A stretch of DNA of 18,895 nucleotides from Tubiluchus corallicola (Eukaryota; Animalia; Priapulida). A model generated the notes under the pieces. The model was given only the letters and a program-made list of their open reading frames with translations. It had not been told where the DNA came from and searched no databases. Made by a program: the position numbers and the translations under genes. The stretch is taken from the NCBI GenBank assembly GCA_030141605.1, contig JAQGDQ010001977.1, positions 1 to 18,895 of the forward strand. Reading direction: 5' to 3'. Positions 9,334-18,895 of the stretch are shown here, in pieces. How positions within the stretch are numbered: position 1 is the stretch's first letter; each line of letters starts with the position of its first letter.

Positions 9334-9530
9334 GTGCATGAGTGCATGTATGTGTGCGTGTATGTAATGTGTGCAAGTCTAGACATAAAACTAATGTTCA
9401 ATATTACCACTTAATAACAGACAACTATTCATTGAAAATATTCTGTTTTAGTAACACACCATGAGAAGTTATTGTCAAATGTGCAAAAGTCAATGTGACC
9501 CAGCTAAAAAGCAATTACGTAGTGAAAGGG
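8859..9530. mobile_element. piggyBac-type non-autonomous element, 672 bp
   Basis: TTAA|ccctttcattacg … cgtagtgaaaggg|TTAA (TIR 12/13; TTAA at 8855-58 and 9531-34). Confidence 0.92.
9301..9374. repeat. (TG)n microsatellite with degenerate extension
   Basis: (tg)14 from 9301, then interrupted TG/CG/CA repeats; inside the piggyBac element. Confidence 0.95.
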
Positions 9531-9568
9531 TTAAACTGAAGCGAGAAAAAATCATTTTCTCATCTTAC

Positions 9569-9728
9569 CGTCGCGGTAATCAAAGCCGAAATCGACCGTA
9601 TAATACACTGTGCACAAAGGTCGTTTGTCTTTATACAAGACTTTCTCGGATGACTTTGTCCTGTGGCCAACTAAAGGAAGAGATCGTTCAGCATAAAATT
9701 CTGTCAAGTCACTTGCTGTGGCGTCTCC
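9569..9728 (-). CDS. PDIA4: PDIA4 exon: b/b' junction
   Basis: GDATASDLTEFYAERSLPLVGHRTKSSEKVLYKDKRPLCTVYYTVDFGFDYRD(D); acceptor ttttcag, donor gtaaga. Confidence 0.93.
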
Positions 9729-10075
9729 CTGAAAATGAATGTATATTAGTTTAGGGAGGTATTTTGTACCTGTTAGCTTATGCACAACACCATTTACAGT
9801 TCCAAACAAATTCCCTTAAAGGAGAAAAACAGAATTCTAAAAATCCCAACAAACTTTTCACACAAAGACATATTACTCAGCATTACTTACACACTGTAAG
9901 CCAGTACCTAGCACACACACAGCAGCGCCACCTGTTACGTTGATCATGACCTAATCTTACTTAATTATCAAGTACATTCCACTAAGGTAACATCCACTAA
10001 GGTAAGACAATGAACCATCTAGATATTTTAGTTATGATCAGAAGTACGTAGACTCTTTTTCAAGGAGAAAAATAA

Positions 10076-10222
10076 CAGGGGGCAGCAGTATAACAAATAA
10101 AACAGTTCAGATATAATCATGCACCAGGGGGCAGCAGTATAACAAATAAAACAGTTCAGATATAATCATTCACCAGGGGGCAGCAGTATAACAAATAAAA
10201 CAGTTCAGATACAATCATTCAC
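10076..10222. repeat. Minisatellite, 3 x 49 bp
   Basis: cagggggcagcagtataacaaataaaacagttcagatataatcat(g/t)cac starting at 10076, 10125, 10174. Confidence 0.95.
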
Positions 10223-10231
10223 CACCAACAG

Positions 10232-10330
10232 ATATAACCGCCAACCGTCCACTTTGCTGACCAGGGTTAGCATTGTTTAACTTTGCTGGTTAGGCAGACA
10301 TGGTGACCACTCATCGATTCCCTCACAGCC
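10232..10330 (-). mobile_element. Probable 5S rRNA-derived SINE (SINE3-like) head, copy B
   Basis: Minus strand aagttaaacaatgctaaccctggtcagcaaagtggacggttggc resembles 5S aagttaagcaacgtcgggcccggttagtacttggatgggtgac; related to 231-330. Confidence 0.5.
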
Positions 10331-10639
10331 TTACCTTCTAATGACAAAATTCTAACCCAAAGGTCAACACTAGGACCAGCTCTTACACGATAAGTTGTAG
10401 TTTGGTCAATAAAGACTTAAAAAATAACAGACAACTTTCTCAGCTTGCCAAATGTGTAAAAATGAGAAAGATGCATCATCTTGCACATTGCTATGAAACA
10501 CAAACACAATGCAGATGCAATGCAGAAAGAAATGCACAAGCAAAAAGCTGCACGCCGTTACAAAAACCGTAGCCACTCATGACTTTATTTAGCAGATAAA
10601 TAAACATTTTTTATGATTAAATTTTGAAACACAGCCAAC

Positions 10640-10788
10640 CTTGTCATAAGTATGTCGCTTAGGTTCATATTTGCTATGAAACCGTTCTGCTTGGAAGATG
10701 ACGATGGAATCGGGAGCCCCTTTAAGATGCTGATGCACATCTTTGTCAAATGTATGTCCAAATTTGTAATCCTCTCTTAGTTCATTAC
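10640..10788 (-). CDS. PDIA4: PDIA4 exon: domain b
   Basis: (G)NELREDYKFGHTFDKDVHQHLKGAPDSIVIFQAERFHSKYEPKRHTYDK; acceptor atgtag, donor gttggc (phase 0). Confidence 0.92.
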
Positions 10789-11362
10789 CTACATAGATTT
10801 ATTTCGCAATAAACATATACATATACATTACATGTGCATCGATAATCAGTTTTTGTTAATACAAAATTATGATACAATTCATGAATACTGCGCTAGACAC
10901 CTAAGAAGCTAGCTTATGGTAGGCCACCAGAATTAGTTACCAAAAAAATTACAATATATACAGATACAAAATTACAATATATACAAATATAATACAGGTG
11001 GGAAGTAATAAAAATATTATTATACTAGAGGGGAAGTTTTTTAAAATGAAAAACAACAAATCATGATTGAGTGATCAGTTATATGTTTCAAGTAAGTTTA
11101 ATTTGTAATTTTTTTTAACTATGGACAGCGAGTTGCCATTTTTAACAGCTGGAGCAATTGAATTCCATATGTAAGAGCCATTGTATTTAATAGAAAATTC
11201 TCTAACATTTGTGTTGCATTGTATAGATCATAGAAAACACGGCTTAAAATTCTATGTCTTAAACATTTTATGAAGCTTAAACTCACGTATTAATTTATAT
11301 GTGAATAGGTATTGTTTAGTACAAAAATTTTCAACAATTTTACCAACTAATTCACAACTCAC

Positions 11363-11518
11363 CTGCTTCGATGTATAATTCATACAGAGGACTAGATTCA
11401 TCGGTAAAGAAGCCGACGATTGTTGCTGAGTATGAACTGAGAAAATTTTGTGCATCTTTGACCGATGAAAGCTTCATTGACGGGAGTCCAGACTGACCAA
11501 TCATGTGGGTTACAATGT
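11363..11518 (-). CDS. PDIA4: PDIA4 exon: end of domain a, start of domain b
   Basis: (D)IVTHMIGQSGLPSMKLSSVKDAQNFLSSYSATIVGFFTDESSPLYELYIEA(G); acceptor ttacag, donor gtgagt; phases fit both neighbours. Confidence 0.9.
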
Positions 11519-11555
11519 CTGTAATTACAGTGCAGTTACTTTTGAAACCATTAAG

Positions 11556-11666
11556 TTACAACATTCAAATTACATATGTTTGTTTCGTTTTACACAGTAT
11601 TAAAACAATGGCTAAACATTTTCTGAAGCAGCCACCACCGGTTATTTTAACTACGAGCAGCTACTG
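11556..11666. mobile_element. Dispersed repeat fragment, probable hAT-like MITE end (copy B)
   Basis: Similar to 5236-5337. Confidence 0.65.
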
Positions 11667-11756
11667 CAATTGACATTGCATACATTACAGCTAATATAGG
11701 GGAACTGCAAAACACAAAACGTACGACGATCATCAGTCGTTTAAAAAAAATCTTAA

Positions 11757-12860
11757 AGTCATCAATATAAAGAAGGAAGAATAACACATTCAAAGAGGAG
11801 GTGATGACACATGGAAAATATGTAAATACTTTGATAGTTTGTTAGACATCTCAATCAGATCTCGCAACGGTTTTTTTTAAAACAATACAAACCAAAGTCC
11901 GGATCCTTTCAGTTTTAGTTGAACCTGTGTTTTTATACAATACTGAGTTATGGACAGTAAAAGCTAAAAAGCAAACGAAAATTGACACCTTTCAAAGACA
12001 TCTCTATAGAAAATTACTAGGAAACAAATGACGTGACAGAATATCCAATGATGATCTGCATAATTTGGTCAAGAAGAATCGTTGGAGTAAATAAATACAA
12101 GTAAGAAGATTGCATTGGATTGGGCATGCACTAAGATTACCTCTCCTCTTGCTATGATGATAATGATGATGATCTGCATAATTTGGTCAAGAAGAATCGT
12201 TGGAGTGAATAAATACAAGTAAGAAGATCACATTGGATTGGGCTACACTAAGATTACCTCAAGAGTCTCCTCTTCCTATGATGATAATGATGATGATCTG
12301 CATAATTTGGTCAAGAAGAATCGTTGGAGTGAACAAATACAAGTAAGAAGATCACATTGGATTGGGCATGCACTAAGATTACCTCAAGAGTCTCCTCTTC
12401 CTATGATGATAATGATGATGATCTGCATAATTTGGTCAAGCAGAATCGTTGGAGTAAATAAATACAAGTAAGAAGATCACATTGGATTGGGCTACACTAA
12501 GATTACCTCTCCTCTTGCTATGATGATAATGATGATGATCTGCATAATTTGGTCAAGAAGAATCATTGGAGTGAACAAATACAAGTAAGAAGATTGCATT
12601 GGATTGGGCATTGGGAGACTAAGATTACCTTATAAGTCTTCTCTTGCTATAACATTATGTAAAACTTTTCAAATGACAAAAAGGCCAACAGGAGGTCTGA
12701 TACTGACGTATCTAGATTTACTACAAAAAAATTTAGCAAACACAACTCTAGATTTGAGGGATGATGCATCGTAGGCGGCGGGGGGTGGACAGGAATGCGA
12801 GGCATCAACAGGTGGGTCGTGCTTCAGAACGTAGCAGCACCTCGGTGACTCTATAAAAAC
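11757..12860 (+). mobile_element. 5'-truncated, decayed RTE-clade LINE (RT C-terminal region), antisense in a PDIA4 intron
   Basis: Stop-interrupted translations WKICKYFDSLLD, TKVRILSVLVEPVFLYNTELWTV…KIDTFQRHLYRKLLG…RISNDDL…RRLHWIGHALRLP…KRPTGG match RTE-type motifs (KYLGS, LYGSETWT, RRLRWFGH, RPRGRP). Ends approximate. Confidence 0.85.
12046..12630. repeat. Five-copy tandem repeat (117-125 bp) inside the LINE remnant
   Basis: atgatctgcataatttggtcaag at 12051, 12169, 12293, 12418, 12535 (periods 118, 124, 125, 117). Confidence 0.95.
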
Positions 12861-13017
12861 ATTATCTTAAGCTTTACTGCAAATTACTAATAAGAATGAT
12901 GATGCAAACATTAGTTGCTCTATCTGTACATCTGATGGAATCTTTTATTTTGTGTCAACATTTGACTTAAGCAGAAAGAAGATACAACATTGTAAGAATT
13001 GTAAAAGACAAAGTTAC

Positions 13018-13220
13018 CTCTTCGCGTCCGAGGTCCATTGTAATCATAAACTTTGCCCTTGCGAAATATCTTCATTGTCGGAAATCCGGTAACACCAAAT
13101 TGTTCTGCCAAATCTTTCTCCACAGTAGCGTCCACCTTTGCTAGCGGAATGTCGTGGGATTCTGCTAACGTCTTAGCCGCCGCCTCGTACTCGGGAGCGA
13201 GCTGTTTGCAGTGACCACAC
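13018..13220 (-). CDS. PDIA4: PDIA4 exon: domain a active site
   Basis: (W)[67 protein letters not shown](D); acceptor ctaacag, donor gtaact; inside ORF 12920..13294. Confidence 0.95.
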
Positions 13221-13784
13221 CTGTTAGTATAGAATAGCAATTTATTTTTCACTTGGATATGTAAAAACATAACGTTATTTCCATTACAGATCAAGTGTGG
13301 TTAGTGATTACTAAAAATAAAAATACTATCATAAATAACAAACAAGAGATTAAGAAAAACAGTATAAAATAAACACAACACATTGCAATACATCCACAGT
13401 AAAATTAGCAAATTAATTACTAAAACCAAGAAATACTTTTACTAAAAATGAAAGTTTAAGAAAAATATTGTAAAATAAATAAAACACAAAAATAATACAC
13501 CTACACTAAAATTAAGTATATGAAATTTTAAAGCTAAGAAATCAAAATAATCAAAATATGAAGTTAAGAATTATGGAATAAACACACTACAATACATCCA
13601 TAGTAAAATTATGCACAGTAAGAAAATTTAAATACAAGATACGGCTAAAATCAAATACCGTTTCACAAATTTTATAGATTTAAAAGTGTTGAAATGTTAA
13701 TCACAGTACAAATTATACATTAATATTTAGCAATACATGTATAATAAGGTATTGTATATTAGATTAGAGCACATTACTCATACA

Positions 13785-14145
13785 CAGGGCCTATTTCAAG
13801 GGAGGGAAGTGGGGATACGTCCCCGGGGCCTCACCCTCCAGGGGGACCTCGCGCCAAGGTAACATTTTTTTAGCTTTATGCGAACATACTGCCTCCTCTC
13901 TCCCTCTCTCTCTTGCCGCACGCACGCCGTTTAGCAGTTTTTCTTTCAATTGTTCTTTCCTTTAACAACTGTATAACTCCATATTTTCTCTTCGAAAATG
14001 CTTCTCCGGCGTTCTAGCAGTTCAAATATTTTCTGGGCGCTAACCATGGTAGTGCCCGCCCCCCCGGCACTTCGCCCCCCCTCCCCCCGATGGGGCCTCA
14101 TACGCCCCACTTCCCCGGGCCTCGCCTAGGCTGAAATAGGCCCTG
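13785..14145. mobile_element. hAT-like GC-rich MITE, 361 bp
   Basis: Perfect 14-bp TIR cagggcctatttca / tgaaataggccctg; perfect 8-bp TSD ctcataca (13777-84, 14146-53). Confidence 0.95.
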
Positions 14146-14334
14146 CTCATACATGCACATTCTAAACAAAATAAGGCACAAATACTCAATAGGTATAAGG
14201 TGGCTGTTAAAATAAATTAAGACAAAAGTTCCTCCAGTAGGGTCACTTCAACAACCTTTGTGTCCCTTTGAATCTTAAATCTCTATCTATATTAATATAC
14301 AACAGTGAGTCACTATACTGCAATGTTGCTTATG

Positions 14335-14744
14335 TTGCAATTTTGTGACTATAGAGAGGCTCTAAGTGCACTTAAAATATCTGTTACCTTGTTTCATGCA
14401 TAATTTAAAATACCCAACTATCAAGGATACATGATACCTAATTGTCTCAAAAACGTCTAAGTACTGGCTGCTCCTATGCAAAAGTATATAAAAACTGTCT
14501 GCAATTGACTCAAATAACTCTGCACAATTGATTCTATATTTTTATACATAGAGATATACACGTGGTTACACTGATGTACGTGATGTAAACAAAGTGACGG
14601 CCTGCCAACTAGCGGTCAGCTTGTGAAATAATGTATTGGGTCCGTAAAAATTTTCTCAACAAATTTACGCGATTTCCAAAAATGACACTACTGGTCTTCC
14701 AAAAACTCGGAATTCCGCGTATCCGCAGAAAATTCTCATCCCTG
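14335..14744. mobile_element. Left-truncated second copy of the 7910-8368 hAT-like MITE
   Basis: Closely similar to 7988-8368, ends attctcatccctg; no left TIR visible. Confidence 0.9.
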
Positions 14745-14881
14745 CAAGAAGCGTAACCCGTGCACAAGCGTCTACTTCTACAGTGTCACAAGAGCAAACA
14801 AAAAATGGACAATCTCTCGTCTCAAAAGTCAAATTTGGGTTTATAAATCTGCATTCAAAGTACTTGCTTAACTCAACTTAC

Positions 14882-15020
14882 CAAGGCGCATAAAATTCCA
14901 CAAGAATTATCTCCGCATTGTCGGTTGTCTCGGTAAAGTTTTCTTTTGTAAGTACAAGCACAGAAGAGGGAGGAGGTTTGTAATTTGGATCACCCCTTTC
15001 CAACATCCACTGAACGATGC
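14882..15020 (-). CDS. PDIA4: PDIA4 exon: a0/a linker and start of domain a
   Basis: (G)[45 protein letters not shown](W); acceptor atctag, donor gtaagt. Confidence 0.95.
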
Positions 15021-15242
15021 CTAGATATCAGAAGGTCCATAAGTTATGCATATGATGCTATAAAAACGTGCGTATTCATAAATTTCTAAACAATATTCAA
15101 TTGCTAAATTTCGCAAATGTGCAAGTACATTAGAAAATTTTTATATTCTGAAATGAATTTATACTGCTATAGTAAATGTTTGTGATCATGCGAAAAATTT
15201 GTCCTTGAAAAAAATTTGTAACACAATGCATTGCTACCCCTC

Positions 15243-16099
15243 AATAAGCCGTTTCACAGTTGCAGTGATTGATGATGATCGTGAAAAGGTCAAAGGTCAA
15301 GTGTACCAGACAATGCATTTGTGTACGCTCGACAACGCCTTGCAGCCCGAGCTATTGTAACTGTTGGGGATAAGCTCATACCGTCATGTGCTGCCACCTT
15401 TTAGGCCTTGAATAAATTTCTGGCTTTAAATTTGTTAGCCTGTACTTATATAATCAAGTGATGCTGTGTGTTTTAATTTAACCAAATTCAATGATTTGAT
15501 AAAAGCTTGTGACCTGTTTCTGCAGTTTTCTGATGCCTATAAGTTTAAATGCCAGGGCTGGCCAATATACGTAAGTTAAATATGATTATTATTATTATTT
15601 TTTGATTACTTAAAAGAGAAGTTTAATTTCTATTTCATGTAGCATTTTTCTACTTATCAATTGTTGTAATTTGTAAAAATTGTGTAATTCATACCTAAAT
15701 GATTTAATATTTAGATTTAGTTCCTATTTTATAATAATCTTATATAATCACCTGAATTTGCAAAATGCTTTTATTTTATTTTCTCAGAATAAATAACCGT
15801 TAGCAAGCCAATGTGGAATTTGAAGTTTTGTTTGGGACATTCCGTCAGCTATTGTAATAGTAACAGTTTTAACAGCTAGCTAGAACCTTACCTAGTTCAT
15901 TTTTTCTTGTTCCCAAGCAAAATCCTGCTACTAGGCACAGACTAATGTGTAACTAAGTAAAGTCCACATAAAACAACTAAAGTTACTGAACTGAACATGT
16001 CACGTGACAGTTGTAGTTCAACTGCATTGCTGTGGAACACTTAACCTTTGACCTACAGCAACTGCGCGTGTGCACAATGAAACTGTGAAAAGCCTTATT
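15243..16099. mobile_element. MITE family copy 2 (same family as 7270-7664) carrying a nested insertion
   Basis: Imperfect TIR aataagccgtttcacagtt / aactgtgaaaagccttatt; same internal inverted repeat as copy 1. Confidence 0.85.
15361..15848. mobile_element. 488-bp AT-rich insertion with 9-bp TSD (Mutator-like or unclassified)
   Basis: ctattgtaa duplicated at 15352-60 and 15849-57; the sister copy has a single ttattgtaa near 7379; termini ctg…cag. Confidence 0.8.
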
Positions 16100-16193
16100 A
16101 GCTGAGATCATTTGTCGTAATTAAAAGTCAGCGAGACCCCATGAGTTGCTGATTGAGAAACATTTGGAAGTCCAGAACATTTTGAAGACAAAT

Positions 16194-17224
16194 GTCCAGT
16201 CGAGTATTACTACGTCTGCAAGTACTGTCCAGTCGAGTATTACTAGGTCTGCAAGTACTGTCCAGTCGAGTATTACTAGGTCTGCAAGTACTGTCCAGTC
16301 GAGTATTACTAGGTCTGCAAGTACTGTCCAGTCGAGTATTACTAGGTCTGCAAGTACTGTCCAGTCGAGTATTACTAGGTCTGCAAGTACTGTCCAGTCG
16401 AGTATTACTAGGTCTGCAAGTACTGTCCAGTCGAGTATTACTAGGTCTGCAAGTACTGTCCAGTCGAGTATTACTAGGTCTGCAAGTACTGTCCAGTCGA
16501 GTATTACTAGGTCTGCAAGTACTGTCCAGTCGAGTATTACTAGGTCTGCAAGTACTGTCCAGTCGAGTATTACTAGGTCTGCAAGTACTGTCCAGTCGAG
16601 TATTACTAGGTCTGCAAGTACTGTCCAGTCGAGTATTACTAGGTCTGCAAGTACTGTCCAGTCGAGTATTACTAGGTCTGCAAGTACTGTCCAGTCGAGT
16701 ATTACTAGGTCTGCAAGTACTGTCCAGTCGAGTATTACTAGGTCTGCAAGTACTGTCCAGTCGAGTATTACTAGGTCTGCAAGTACTGTCCAGTCGAGTA
16801 TTACTAGGTCTGCAAGTACTGTCCAGTCGAGTATTACTAGGTCTGCAAGTACTGTCCAGTCGAGTATTACTAGGTCTGCAAGTACTGTCCAGTCGAGTAT
16901 TACTAGGTCTGCAAGTACTGTCCAGTCGAGTATTACTAGGTCTGCAAGTACTGTCCAGTCGAGTATTACTAGGTCTGCAAGTACTGTCCAGTCGAGTATT
17001 ACTAGGTCTGCAAGTACTGTCCAGTCGAGTATTACTAGGTCTGCAAGTACTGTCCAGTCGAGTATTACTAGGTCTGCAAGTACTGTCCAGTCGAGTATTA
17101 CTAGGTCTGCAAGTACTGTCCAGTCGAGTATTACTAGGTCTGCAAGTACTGTCCAGTCGAGTATTACTAGGTCTGCAAGTACTGTCCAGTTGACTATTAC
17201 TAGGTCTCCCAATACAGTCCAGTT
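16194..17224. repeat. Near-perfect 33-bp minisatellite, about 31 copies
   Basis: Unit gtccagtcgagtattactaggtctgcaagtact; 30 copies 16194-17183 (first has one substitution), a diverged 31st copy and a partial one. Confidence 0.98.
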
Positions 17225-17475
17225 GAGAAGCATTCTGTTTCTAAAGTTAATTTGCAGAATTAAGAACTAAAAGTATTAAGATTTCACAGCAAGCTTAATT
17301 AAGGAAAAGTTACAAGCAGTACCACATTACTAGCATTACTTCAGTACCACATCTACCAAACACAACATTTTCCTGTAACAGTGTCGTAGAATCTGTGGTG
17401 TTCAATCATAACAATTAAACTAAAAAATTTTCACAGTATCACGCTGCCATACACAATTTTACAAGTAAATCATAC

Positions 17476-17681
17476 CGTCTTCTTCCCGGGGACCATCGTA
17501 ATCTGAAGCTTCACCATTACGAAAAAATTTGAGAGTTGGGTAACCCTGGACCTCGTATCTCTCCGCAAGTTCTTTTTCGACAGTTGCATCAACCTTTGCC
17601 AGAGGTATCGGAGGATCATTGTCTTTCAAGCGAGTGGCGGCAGCCGCGTATTCCGGTGCCAGCTGCTTGCAATGACCACAC
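17476..17681 (-). CDS. PDIA4: PDIA4 exon: domain a0 active site
   Basis: (W)[68 protein letters not shown](G); acceptor ttaaag, donor gtatga. Confidence 0.95.
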
Positions 17682-17914
17682 CTTTAATTAAACTCAGGTA
17701 TGTAAACAATGTAAGCAAAGTTAATACATTTTCTACTTACTCAATAAGCTAAGGTATACAGGTTCAAAACTAAAATCATACATTTTACATGAAATTTAGT
17801 TTGGTAACGGTACCTTACGAAAAGTTCATACAATTATGATTTTTTCTACCATTAAAATTTTTATTTTGTCATTATCAGGCAGAAAAAAGCTTAATTGATT
17901 TTTCCCTCACTCAC

Positions 17915-18074
17915 CAGGGTGCATAAAATTCCACAAGTATTACGTCATGAGCGGCTATTGTGTCATCAAAGTTTTCCTGAGTAAGTACAAGAACATCACT
18001 ATCATCCTCTAAATCGTCATCATCTTCATCCACATCTTCAATGTCATCATCTTCGTTCGAATAATCTAAGTCGA
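17915..18074 (-). CDS. PDIA4: PDIA4 exon: acidic region and start of thioredoxin domain a0
   Basis: [52 protein letters not shown](W); acceptor ttcttgtag, donor gtgagt. Not in the ORF track in this frame. Confidence 0.92.
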
Positions 18075-18278
18075 CTACAAGAATGACAGAAAAACAACAA
18101 AGTTAAAATGAGAAGTACCAAATCAGCACTTACTGGTTTGAAAAGAACAAAAAAAGGGCTAACAAAAAGCAGGATTTGAACTCCAGTCTCAAAGCTCTGC
18201 GCACTAACTAAGTAGCAGGTGACCAACGTTCTCACTTGATGTTTGCACACGGTTTACGTTGATGTTCTGTGTGTGCTT

Positions 18279-18652
18279 TGTATTATGTGTTACGTCTGTA
18301 GTTATCACTTTAATGCCTAACGTTGAGCAGTCAATGTATTATGTATTATGTCTGTAGGTATCACTTTAATGCCTAACGTTGAGCAGTCAATGTATTATGT
18401 CTGCAATTATCACTTTAATACCTAATGTTGAGCAGTCAATGTATTATGTATTATGTCTGTAGTTATCACTTTAACACCTAATGTTGAGCAGTCAATGTAT
18501 TATGTCTGTAGTTATCACTTTAATACCTAACATTGAGCAGTCAATGTATTATGTCTGTAGTTATCACTTTAATACCTAACATTGAGCAGTCAATGCATTA
18601 TGTGTTATGTCTATAGTTACCACTTTAACATCTAAGGTTGGGCAATCAATGT
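18279..18652. repeat. Minisatellite, 7 copies of 49/56 bp
   Basis: (t/c)cacttta at 18305, 18361, 18410, 18466, 18515, 18564, 18620; unit length differs by a 7-bp tgtatta duplication. Confidence 0.95.
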
Positions 18653-18895
18653 GACTAGGTCCCTGCCACAAGAGTGTGAAGTGAGTAAGGCCTGAATTCT
18701 GGATCTTTCCCAGTGCCTCACCTGATGACCTTTTCGTTTTATGGTAATTTTGTACGTGTGTCCTGTTGTAGATTGTATGATTTGCAGTTGTTATTTGTGT
18801 GTGTTATTGATGTCATTTGAGTTTAATTATAGGCACATGCCTAAAGCACCTAAAGAAAGACGAAAAGGGAATCCATCTCAGATCCAGCTGTCGAA

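Larger units (their letters stand above)
5889..18074 (-). other. PDIA4: PDIA4/ERp72 gene span (10 coding exons in window; first, signal-peptide exon not found in window)
   Basis: Manual splice join 18074-17915, 17681-17476, 15020-14882, 13220-13018, 11518-11363, 10788-10640, 9728-9569, 8672-8565, 7252-7124, 6298-5889 = 1820 nt, one continuous frame (about 605 aa) with GT-AG introns. Acidic N-terminus + three WCGHC domains (a0-a-b-b'-a') + KDEL is the PDIA4 architecture. Confidence 0.95.

Noticed and set aside
8893-9376. ORFs inside the piggyBac element, including the HT repeat
   Set aside because: HT run is the (CA)n microsatellite; nothing resembles a piggyBac transposase.
9461-9754. 97-aa plus-strand ORF
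   Set aside because: Antisense shadow of a PDIA4 exon.
5889-13294. Separate small thioredoxin genes, PDIA3 or P4HB
   Set aside because: Exon phases join into one frame with three CGHC sites and an acidic N-terminus, which fits PDIA4.
13300-13700. Degenerate tandem repeat in A-rich intron DNA
   Set aside because: Only one ~40-bp echo (caatacatcca.agtaaaatta) in low-complexity sequence; no definable unit.
16194-17224. CRISPR array
   Set aside because: Units are directly adjacent with no unique spacers, no cas genes, and the context is a eukaryotic intron.
16121-17270. Three 333-374 aa ORFs as genes
   Set aside because: Consequence of a 33-bp unit lacking stops in three frames; no synonymous variation or recognisable domain.
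18165-18225. tRNA gene or tRNA-derived SINE (minus-strand B-box gagttcaaatcc)
   Set aside because: No cloverleaf or clear A box; at most a decayed SINE head.
18075-18895. PDIA4 first exon or promoter (signal peptide, ERSE)
   Set aside because: No ATG-initiated hydrophobic leader ending at a phase-1 donor that I can support; ORF 18047..18250 runs through the acceptor in the wrong frame.

Overview
AT-rich, intron-containing eukaryotic DNA, most likely from an invertebrate animal. Most of the window is a minus-strand protein disulfide-isomerase A4 (PDIA4/ERp72) gene. I can place 10 coding exons between 5889 and 18074, all with GT-AG introns and matching phases. They encode an acidic N-terminal stretch, three WCGHC thioredoxin domains, b/b' domains and C-terminal KDEL; the signal-peptide exon probably lies beyond the right edge. 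Converging on it from the left is a short plus-strand terminal coding exon (1186-1264) that the ORF track misses, ending in a polybasic stretch plus CaaX (…RRRRGKRRHGLRRCSIL*), typical of Ras-family GTPases. Introns and UTRs are packed with non-autonomous transposons with readable TIRs/TSDs (Tc1/pogo-, piggyBac-, hAT- and possibly PIF-like, two nested), an RTE-like LINE remnant with an internal tandem amplification, two copies of a probable 5S-rRNA-derived SINE, and several minisatellites, including a near-perfect 33-bp x ~31 array that produces three long repeat ORFs. I see no convincing evidence of a new multi-gene system. All family assignments come from reading the sequence, not from database searches.
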